Of a stretch of DNA of 32,000 nucleotides, positions 24,381-30,944 are shown piece after piece (the first letter of the stretch is position 1; each line of letters begins with the position of its first letter). The stretch lies in NCBI RefSeq assembly GCF_000020025.1, contig NC_010628.1:3210001-3242000 (forward strand), written 5' to 3'. Source of the DNA: Nostoc punctiforme PCC 73102. Its GTDB lineage: Bacteria > Cyanobacteriota > Cyanobacteriia > Cyanobacteriales > Nostocaceae. Below the pieces are notes generated by a model, which saw only the letters and a list, made by a program, of their open reading frames with translations, was not told the DNA's origin and searched no databases. The position numbers were made by a program, and so were the translations under genes.

Positions 24381-24620
24381 CTATTGTTCAGCGTTCAGAT
24401 TTTGCCTAATTTCATCAACCGTTATCCCTTGATTTGCAAACATTCGGGCTTGCTGTAAAGCAAAAATTGCAAACTGCTTACATTGAGGATCTTCGATTTC
24501 CACATCAACAGCTTTAGCAAACTCTAGCGCCAGTGCGTTAATTCTGTCGTGCTTGCGGACGCGATCGCTCCCTGGCGTAGGAGGATGATAACGAAAATAC
24601 TCTTCGATTGGGATATCCAT
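24381..24620 (-). CDS. Small YHPP-motif helical-hairpin protein (79 aa from ATG 24620), Acb2/Tad1-hairpin-like by eye
   Basis: The sequence MDIPIEEYFRYHPPTPGSDRVRKHDRINALALEFAKAVDVEIEDPQCKQFAIFALQQARMFANQGITVDEI fits the remembered family pattern F.YHPP....H..I....A..V....P....A...L..A.M[WF]AN..I. The track start at 24704 would overlap the upstream gene by 61 nt. ATG 24620 leaves a 23-nt gap. Confidence 0.5.
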   Translation of the reverse strand: MDIPIEEYFRYHPPTPGSDRVRKHDRINALALEFAKAVDVEIEDPQCKQFAIFALQQARMFANQGITVDEIRQNLNAEQ

Positions 24621-24643
24621 AATTAGCTTGACCAAGCCATAAG

Positions 24644-24988
24644 TTAATTTACGATAGAACCAAGTCCAACAGCGATTGCCCCCACTGCTAAACGACGATG
24701 CCATGTCCCTGGCTCTTTATCTTCTGAATAAACCTTAGAAGTTGCCCAAACCGTATGCCCATCAGCGTCAGGGTAATCATTAGTTCCATCTATAAAAACA
24801 ATCAAGTTTGAATAGCCCTGAGCTATTAATTCGGGCGATACATCTCGCCATAGTTTCACAATAATTGCAGGTCTAATTTCACCTTTATTTCTGCCATCTG
24901 GCAAGACATACAAAACGTGAGTTCCTTCCGTTATTCCAGTCAATTTCTGTGACATATTCACCTCTTGATTATTAAAATTATTTGACAA
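24644..24988 (-). CDS. Small accessory protein (114 aa, or 103 aa from the second ATG at 24955) with a hydrophobic C-terminus
   Basis: The pattern THVLYVLPDGRNKGEIRPAIIVKLW...NLIVFIDGTND...GTWH resembles a small beta-barrel family common in phage accessory regions, from memory. The C-terminal AVGAIAVGLGSIV is glycine-zipper-like. Confidence 0.5.
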   Translation of the reverse strand: MSNNFNNQEVNMSQKLTGITEGTHVLYVLPDGRNKGEIRPAIIVKLWRDVSPELIAQGYSNLIVFIDGTNDYPDADGHTVWATSKVYSEDKEPGTWHRRLAVGAIAVGLGSIVN

Positions 24989-24998
24989 ACGATCGCTG

Positions 24999-25457
24999 CT
25001 AACCTCCCAAATATCCAGCTACATAAGCTGCAACTTTCTCAAGTAGCGCCGGATGCCAAAAAAGGAAAGGGCGATCGCGTTGCAACCTAGAAGCTTTGGC
25101 AAGTGCCGTACCAAATACGAGTTCAGTTTCAGTCACCTCAAATACTTCATAAGGGTTTCCTGCCGCCGTCATGCTTTGGAGTAGTTCGCCAGTGTCGCGG
25201 AGGATCTGACCATTACGACGGATGGGACGAGCAAGTAAGTATTCATTACTCAAAGCTTCCCAATTCTCACCGCCCAGTACTTCACCACCTGTTTCTGTGG
25301 CGGGGGATGACTGGAAGCGTAAATCCACATCTTCTTGGATAAGTAACCGGATAGCGGGGCCAGCTTCCCTAATATCCTGCACTCTGAGTTTGATACCTTG
25401 CAGAAGTTCCGAAGCTTTTTGTAAGTCGCCTGTATTAATTTCAAGTGTTAATCCCAC
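24999..25457 (-). CDS. Virion morphogenesis / tail completion protein (Mu G / P2 gpS-like)
   Basis: The pattern DLRFQSS...GENWEALSNEYLLARP...GQILRDTGELLQSMT...ELVFGTALAKASRLQRDRPF fits the Phage_tail_S-type consensus as I remember it (RF...W..LS......IL.DTG.L..S......V.GT). Confidence 0.6.
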   Translation of the reverse strand: MGLTLEINTGDLQKASELLQGIKLRVQDIREAGPAIRLLIQEDVDLRFQSSPATETGGEVLGGENWEALSNEYLLARPIRRNGQILRDTGELLQSMTAAGNPYEVFEVTETELVFGTALAKASRLQRDRPFLFWHPALLEKVAAYVAGYLGG

Positions 25458-25731
25458 TAGCGATCGCCTCCTTTATTGCTTTGGCTATCTGGTCAATAGA
25501 TGAGGGCGAAAGCTCTGAATTATGTGCATAACCATGCCCAATATATTGACCAACAAGTTGAGGTGAATCACTGTATGAGCGGTTAATTATTTCTAGCGCT
25601 TGAACGACATCACCAAGATTTCGCGGTGTCGCTCTTAGTGCAAGTAATCGCTCCAATAAGCTTCTTAAATACTGTTCCGCTTCGCTTATTTCTTTGATAA
25701 TTTGCTCGTTATCTGGCTGCATTGATTTCAA
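25441..25731 (-). CDS. Hypothetical helical protein (96 aa)
   Basis: ORF in the neck region, overlapping the downstream gene start by 17 nt. No family recognised. Confidence 0.5.
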   Translation of the reverse strand: MKSMQPDNEQIIKEISEAEQYLRSLLERLLALRATPRNLGDVVQALEIINRSYSDSPQLVGQYIGHGYAHNSELSPSSIDQIAKAIKEAIASGINT

Positions 25732-25751
25732 GTGTTAATTCGATCTAGTTT

Positions 25752-28400
25752 TTAGCTGTGTGCCTTGTAGCGGTAGTAGTCTATAGGGGTAAACCCAGTA
25801 ACCGCAGAAAGGGCAAGCCCCGCACCTGCAATCAAACGCTTACGTTTTGCCTTTCGGACTATAACGGTTTTGCCTTTTTTTGTGCGGCGAGTGTAAGTGC
25901 TGCTAAAATTAGCCGAGCAACAACAGTGGCGTTTCAAAACACGGCGTTTAAGTCTACGTTTCAATCCTGCGAAAAACGCGGTCTTGGGGTTTCCCCAAGT
26001 GGAGCGATTTTTCAAGACAGTACCAAATTCCGCCGTTTTAATTGGGTGGCGAGACGCTGCAATGCTATTACCACCAATTCGTCTTTTAGCGACTCTAGAA
26101 CCGCTTCCTTCTCCGAATTTGTAAGTATGCTGTAAGCTGGCAAGGACTTCATCGTATACCTCCTTTTCTACTTTTTTGGGATTCTCACCATTGGCTATGC
26201 GTTCAGAGGCGCGGTTAATTGCGGTTGATGTTGCACCTGATAAGTTCTTTTCTTTATCAAAGGCATCAAGCGCTTTGGATGCTGTCTCTGAGATTTCGGC
26301 TGATTCAGCTACATTTATCTGGTTGCCAGCCTTAGCCAAATCTTCAGCAGCACGCGATCGCCCCACTGTGCCAAATAGCTTTTTCTCTCTAGCTAGTTGA
26401 CGTTTAATCGAAGCTTGGATTTGCGCTTTTTCCACAGCAAGCGATCGCGTCTCTGGAGAAAATCCAAGCAAGTCAAACAACCCACCTTGGGATTCCTGCA
26501 CTTTAGGAGCGCCAACCACCATATCGGTTAATTCCTGGATGGTATCGTTGTTAATTTTCTTTCCTCGTTTCTCCTCCTTCTCAATCAGGTCTACCAATTC
26601 TTGCTGCTGTTTGTGGTCTTTGAGTGCGTTACCAATTGTCACGGCTCGTTGTTCGGGTAGCGTTCCCTGTACCACGCGGAAGAATAATGGTTCATTAAGT
26701 CGGGATAAAGCTAAACCATCAGTAGCAATTTTTTCACGCATTGGTATGCCCTTGCGTTCTAAATCTTCTCGACTCACTCCAGAATCGCGGAAGAATTTAG
26801 CAGCATCTAATGCATTGCCACGACCCTCAGCTATGTTAGTTAAAGCACCAACAGCGCGGGCTTCTTGCGGAGATTTGGCTTTGATGAATTTAGCAGTCAT
26901 GGTTTTGACACCAAGCGCCTTGGCTCGTTCGGTGCGGTTGTGACCATTCACTACATATACTTGCTTGTCCTTGGGATCTTGCCAAACTTGGATAATGCCA
27001 GCTAAGTTTGCATCCCAAGTTTTAACTCCAGAGAGGGAGCCAACTGAACCAGTAGAAGTTTGAGCGCCCAAGATTTTGTATTGAAAGCGTTTCGGGTCAA
27101 CTTTTAGCTTTGACACCTCCACTTCAGCAATACCACTAGAAAGTACCTGCCTTGCTCCAACGCTAGCAGCTGCTTGGGTTAGTTGTAGTTTTTCCTTTTG
27201 GGACTTTAACTTGGCTTGGCGATCGCCTACCGATTGTAATAGTTGGCGATCGTAGTCGTTTTGAGGGAGTCTCCCTTGCTGGGCATCACGGTAAACTTGG
27301 GCGCGTTGCTTGGTGTACTGCTTGTAGGTGATTGGAGTTTTGGTTTTGATTCCCGTTTTTGGGTCGGTGTAGCACTTGCGGTTGTAGGGGATGAAGGTTT
27401 TACCGCATTGCCAACCACCACGCCCAAACTCTATCCTTCTGCCATCTGCCCTCTGCCCTCTGCCTTCATTAAATTCAGCGCGGCGTTTGATGCGTTTTTT
27501 GAATAGTGGCAGTCCACCTTGTAAATCTTTGTCGTATGCTAACGGGTTGAATAGGGAAGTTTGAGTATTTTTCTGAGCTTGTTGCTCAGTTTTGAGTTTA
27601 GCCATCCGCGCTTTTTTGGCTTGTTCTTCCCATGATTTAATTCGGGATTGGTCGCCTGACTTTTTAGCCTCAGCTAACTCTTGATTGGCGTAAGCTTCAC
27701 GGTCAGCAGCCGATTTAAGGTCTTCAGCTTTGATGAGCTTTTTATTAGATTCCTTGGGTGGGGGCGGGGTGTCTTTGTCGTTCCCGTCTAGGTTTAAGGC
27801 TGGTTTATCCTTTACTCCAAATCTTTGTGCTAACTCTGGATACCCCTGTTGTAAATCTGGGTATCCCTGCTTGGCTGCATTGTGGTTAACTTTGCTCCAA
27901 ATTTCGGCATACTTACCTTTGTTGAAATCGTCAAAAGCTTTTCCAGTTGTCTCTTTATCTTTTTTTCTAGTGGCACTGCTAGCTGCACGGGAAAGGCGAT
28001 CGCGCTCCGTACTCACCTGCTCGTATTCACGATAAACATCAGGTGGTAGGTAATCTTTTAATCTATCTTCATACTGATTAACTGTTAATTCTTTAGGATT
28101 GTCTAACTCTTTTAATTTAGATGCCCATTGAGAGCGCTGTTTTTGAATATCAACAGATGGTGGTTTATTTTTCCATCCTGGTACAGCAGCCCGACGGCGA
28201 TCGCGTATAGCCTGCTCTCTATCTTTATATAGCGTTTGTGCAGCTTTACCCTTAGAACCGACAATCTTCTGGTAAACCTGATAGTTAATTGGGGTCTTTA
28301 ACCGTTTACCAGTCTTGGGGTCAGTCCAACATTTGGCGCGATTAGGGATGAAAGTGCCACCACAAGGCCAACCAAATTCGGCGCGGCTGTAATCGGACAT
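25752..28400 (-). CDS. Large multidomain protein with a ParB/Srx-like domain (882 aa from ATG 28400; 906 aa from the track start 28472)
   Basis: ParB-N-like motifs: VSKLKVDPKRFQYK and YVVNGHNRTERAKALG (GxxR...A). Two ~40-aa Cys-containing modules (GWPCGGTFIPNRAKCWTDPKTGKRLKTPINY and GWQCGKTFIPYNRKCYTDPKTGIKTKTPITY) plus a degenerate third. K/E/Q-rich linkers. Basic plus hydrophobic C-terminus. ATG 28400 avoids a 50-nt overlap with the upstream gene. Confidence 0.75.
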   Translation of the reverse strand: MSDYSRAEFGWPCGGTFIPNRAKCWTDPKTGKRLKTPINYQVYQKIVGSKGKAAQTLYKDREQAIRDRRRAAVPGWKNKPPSVDIQKQRSQWASKLKELDNPKELTVNQYEDRLKDYLPPDVYREYEQVSTERDRLSRAASSATRKKDKETTGKAFDDFNKGKYAEIWSKVNHNAAKQGYPDLQQGYPELAQRFGVKDKPALNLDGNDKDTPPPPKESNKKLIKAEDLKSAADREAYANQELAEAKKSGDQSRIKSWEEQAKKARMAKLKTEQQAQKNTQTSLFNPLAYDKDLQGGLPLFKKRIKRRAEFNEGRGQRADGRRIEFGRGGWQCGKTFIPYNRKCYTDPKTGIKTKTPITYKQYTKQRAQVYRDAQQGRLPQNDYDRQLLQSVGDRQAKLKSQKEKLQLTQAAASVGARQVLSSGIAEVEVSKLKVDPKRFQYKILGAQTSTGSVGSLSGVKTWDANLAGIIQVWQDPKDKQVYVVNGHNRTERAKALGVKTMTAKFIKAKSPQEARAVGALTNIAEGRGNALDAAKFFRDSGVSREDLERKGIPMREKIATDGLALSRLNEPLFFRVVQGTLPEQRAVTIGNALKDHKQQQELVDLIEKEEKRGKKINNDTIQELTDMVVGAPKVQESQGGLFDLLGFSPETRSLAVEKAQIQASIKRQLAREKKLFGTVGRSRAAEDLAKAGNQINVAESAEISETASKALDAFDKEKNLSGATSTAINRASERIANGENPKKVEKEVYDEVLASLQHTYKFGEGSGSRVAKRRIGGNSIAASRHPIKTAEFGTVLKNRSTWGNPKTAFFAGLKRRLKRRVLKRHCCCSANFSSTYTRRTKKGKTVIVRKAKRKRLIAGAGLALSAVTGFTPIDYYRYKAHS
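27439..27466. repeat. In-frame heptamer array CTGCCAT CTGCCCT CTGCCCT CTGCCTT inside the ParB-like gene
   Basis: Four 7-nt units. 27434-27467 matches 15772-15805 (the right arm of the intergenic hairpin) at 31 of 34 positions in the same orientation. On the minus strand it encodes EGRGQRADGRR. Confidence 0.85.
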
Positions 28401-28422
28401 TCTAAACAGTACCGTTCCCACG

Positions 28423-28962
28423 TTAGATCCCCCAATCAATAGAACTGGCAGCAGCCGGATTTCGCTGCTCAACTATGCTATAGCTACGGCTAACAACATC
28501 GGGTATCTCTCCTCTCTTAGGTACTCCCGGTAGAACCATAGGCTCAACTCGATTGAATGCAGTTGATGGTGGAGGAGCTAATCCAGGCAACGTAATCCCG
28601 ATCGCCTGACACTCTTCCTTGGCTTGCTTAAATAGGATCGCACCATACCCCTGATCGCCCCCCTCCCCTTGAGTTTGCTGGTAATGGGTACTCATAATTT
28701 CAGCAACCACAAATTTCTCAACAATGGATGCAAGAATTCTCAATGATTGGGTAGCATCGTTAGGGACAGGTAGCTCATAGAGCATAGATAGAGCCATGTC
28801 TAACTTGGCTTCTACCTGTTCGCCAAGTTGCTCGTATAAAGAGTAATCAACTTGTTTTGCTCCGAGTGCTTGGGTTTGCCCTAGTGTCGGTGGCCCATTG
28901 TTTAGTTCAAGGCGGTTTTTGAGGCGACGGGCGATCGCCTCTGGAGTTGTGTATTTAAGCAT
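28423..28962 (-). CDS. Head-tail connector-like protein (DUF1320 / Mu gp36-like), 179 aa from ATG 28962
   Basis: The N-terminal MLKYTTPEAIARRL and the central ...VEAKLDMALSMLYELPVPNDATQSLRILASIVEKFVVAEI resemble the DUF1320 pattern as I remember it. ATG 28962 overlaps the upstream stop by 8 nt (AATGCTTAA), consistent with coupling. The track start at 29010 is less likely. Confidence 0.5.
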   Translation of the reverse strand: MLKYTTPEAIARRLKNRLELNNGPPTLGQTQALGAKQVDYSLYEQLGEQVEAKLDMALSMLYELPVPNDATQSLRILASIVEKFVVAEIMSTHYQQTQGEGGDQGYGAILFKQAKEECQAIGITLPGLAPPPSTAFNRVEPMVLPGVPKRGEIPDVVSRSYSIVEQRNPAAASSIDWGI

Positions 28963-29284
28963 TGGGATTGTAACCTGTGTAGCCTCTAGCCTTAATTTGA
29001 TACCTACCAACGTTACCTTGAGCGGTTATCCCTAAACCTCGCTCCCCTATACTTGGGCGAAATTCCTCACGGATGTTACGGCGATCGCTCCTCACAGAAC
29101 CCACACCTAAACCGTAGGCTTCACCTTTATCAATAGGGACGGATAGCCTAGCAGAAATTCGCCCCCGTTCAACCTTGAGACGATTCCTTGATTTGCGGAC
29201 AATTTGTTGCTTGCCGTTGCGGATGCGGGTGTAGGTAGAAGAGAAATTAGCTTGGCTGAATAACGCTACCAGTGGGTAATTCAT
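28955..29284 (-). CDS. Highly basic small protein (109 aa; 16 R + 5 K vs 7 D/E)
   Basis: The charge was counted from the track translation. The N-terminal ANFSSTYTRIRNGKQQIVRKSRNR matches the C-terminal region of the ParB-like protein. It overlaps the upstream gene by 38 nt. Confidence 0.55.
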   Translation of the reverse strand: MNYPLVALFSQANFSSTYTRIRNGKQQIVRKSRNRLKVERGRISARLSVPIDKGEAYGLGVGSVRSDRRNIREEFRPSIGERGLGITAQGNVGRYQIKARGYTGYNPNA

Positions 29285-29768
29285 CGGTTATCGCCTGCCC
29301 AAAGAGTGTTTGATCGAATAGCAATTTATCTGAATAAGTTTCCCACTTCAGATTTTTACCAAGGGGGACGCGTAGCTTTAAATCTTCCAAGCTAGTAAAG
29401 GGAGATTTTACTCGCTCCTCTGCTACCTTTTTGGCAACAACAATGCTGACACCTTCAAGGGCAGCGATCGCCTCTATGGTTGCGTCGTTAATGTGAATCC
29501 TTTCAGGAGTAGGGACTACCACAGTAGAAGTTCCGTAATTAACTTGCTCGTTGTTGGGAGTTTCTGCACCAATTTTTATAATGGTTTCTTCAAAACTGCC
29601 AGCAAAGGGGCTAAACGTTGGGATATCTGGGGAACCTTGAGTAACATATTCTTCAGTTAGTAGTGCCGTAGGCAATTCACCTGGCTTATATTCCCGTGGA
29701 TGGTAAAAGTTGCCTTGATACTGTGCGTGTTTTTTCAGCGTTACAGGTTGATTTGGATCGATTGTCAT
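29247..29768 (-). CDS. ComEA-type helix-hairpin-helix DNA-binding domain protein (173 aa from ATG 29768)
   Basis: IHINDATIEAIAALEGVSIVVAKKVAEERVKSPFTSLEDLKLRVPLGKN fits the ComEA HhH consensus (NiN.A..eeL..LpGIG...A..Iv.yRe..GpF.s.eDL..V.GIG). ATG 29768 forms an ATGA overlap with the capsid gene stop. Confidence 0.65.
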   Translation of the reverse strand: MTIDPNQPVTLKKHAQYQGNFYHPREYKPGELPTALLTEEYVTQGSPDIPTFSPFAGSFEETIIKIGAETPNNEQVNYGTSTVVVPTPERIHINDATIEAIAALEGVSIVVAKKVAEERVKSPFTSLEDLKLRVPLGKNLKWETYSDKLLFDQTLFGQAITDELPTGSVIQPS

Positions 29769-30904
29769 CACGCCACCTTCCTTGCTGCTAGCTGCTTGGG
29801 TTGTGCAATCCAAGGAATCATTCTGCCTACTGCGTAAGAGCGGCTTTCCGGTGGTGAAGATTTTAAAGTTTCTTCACTTTTAATAAAGATTCCTGGTTTG
29901 CCTTTAGCTTCAATCGTGGGGCCAAATAAACGTTTGCTCATGCCTTTGGTTAAGAAAACATAAGTATCGTTGGGGAAATATCGCCCTCTAATATTTTGCC
30001 CTGGCGCGATTTCAATTTCATACTGAGCATCACTAACCCGGAGTTTAGGAATTTTCAACTCAGTGGTAATTTTCTCCAAAATTGTTTGCCCGACCATTGC
30101 TTGCACAGATGAACCAGGGACGTTGTTGATTATCCCTAAACCGAGTGCGTAGTTGCGGGTTGATTGTTGCCTGAGCAAGTTATCCATCAAGTCTTGCGAT
30201 AACACGGTTTCATCTGGATAGTAGCCATTGAGATCGTAGAATGCGCGTGCGTGCCGCTGCAAATTGTCTATACCATTGGCGTTAGTGGCATCAGTCCAGA
30301 TAGCGCTGCCTAAAGTGTTACCAGTCAAAGGGGCCGGGAATAAAGTTGGCTCGGTATTGTATTGCAAGCGAAAGCGGGAACCCGATCGCGTATCGGTAAA
30401 GTCGCATAGTCCAGTAGTGACGGTTTGCCACCACAAAACATTAGCGGTTTTCACAACTCTAGGTTGGAGACTGTCTACCGTACCAATTAGCAGATCCACA
30501 AAATAGCGGGGCATATTCTGCATTTGCGCCAGTTCCATCATCCGGATCTCATCTTCTTCATTGAAGATGTGGGAGATCGCAATCTTACCGAACGACGAAC
30601 CTTCAATTTTGGTCAAGCGACCTGCACGGGTTTGGGGGATTTCTTGACCTGTGGCAATGATAGACGCGATCGCCATGTTCCTTTCGATCATGTATTCCAA
30701 CACCCGGAAATCGTCGGTCATTTCCATCGGTGCGTACTCATCAGGGATGATGTATTGGTCAAGCAGTTTCATATCAGGCTGCTTACCTTCGGTTTTGAGG
30801 CGAATTTCCTTATTAGGATCGACCAAGAATGCGCTTGTATTGTCAATCAGCGCATCTATCTTGGTTTTAATTCGGGCTGTATTGAGAAATTTTGCAATAG
30901 ACAT
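29768..30904 (-). CDS. Major capsid protein (lambda gpE-like, tentative family)
   Basis: 378 aa, preceded by a decoration-like gene as in the lambda D-E order. The C-terminal pattern YFPNDTYVFLTKG...PPESRSYAVGRMIPWIAQPKQLAARKV parallels lambda gpE FLPDNTMVLGN...DPAREFTMIQSAPLMLLADPDEFVSVQL, from memory. Confidence 0.7.
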   Translation of the reverse strand: MSIAKFLNTARIKTKIDALIDNTSAFLVDPNKEIRLKTEGKQPDMKLLDQYIIPDEYAPMEMTDDFRVLEYMIERNMAIASIIATGQEIPQTRAGRLTKIEGSSFGKIAISHIFNEEDEIRMMELAQMQNMPRYFVDLLIGTVDSLQPRVVKTANVLWWQTVTTGLCDFTDTRSGSRFRLQYNTEPTLFPAPLTGNTLGSAIWTDATNANGIDNLQRHARAFYDLNGYYPDETVLSQDLMDNLLRQQSTRNYALGLGIINNVPGSSVQAMVGQTILEKITTELKIPKLRVSDAQYEIEIAPGQNIRGRYFPNDTYVFLTKGMSKRLFGPTIEAKGKPGIFIKSEETLKSSPPESRSYAVGRMIPWIAQPKQLAARKVA

Positions 30905-30944
30905 TTTAGGTTGGGAACTGGGGATTAGGGGCTAGGGATTAAAA

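Noticed and set aside
25752-28472. The ~900-aa ORF might be the portal protein or a MuF-like head morphogenesis protein, given its size and head-module location.
   Set aside because: Its sequence is dominated by K/E/Q-rich linkers, a ParB/Srx-like motif set and short repeated modules, and nothing in it resembles portal or MuF patterns. Its position after the capsid and connector genes is also wrong. The portal is probably upstream of nt 32000.
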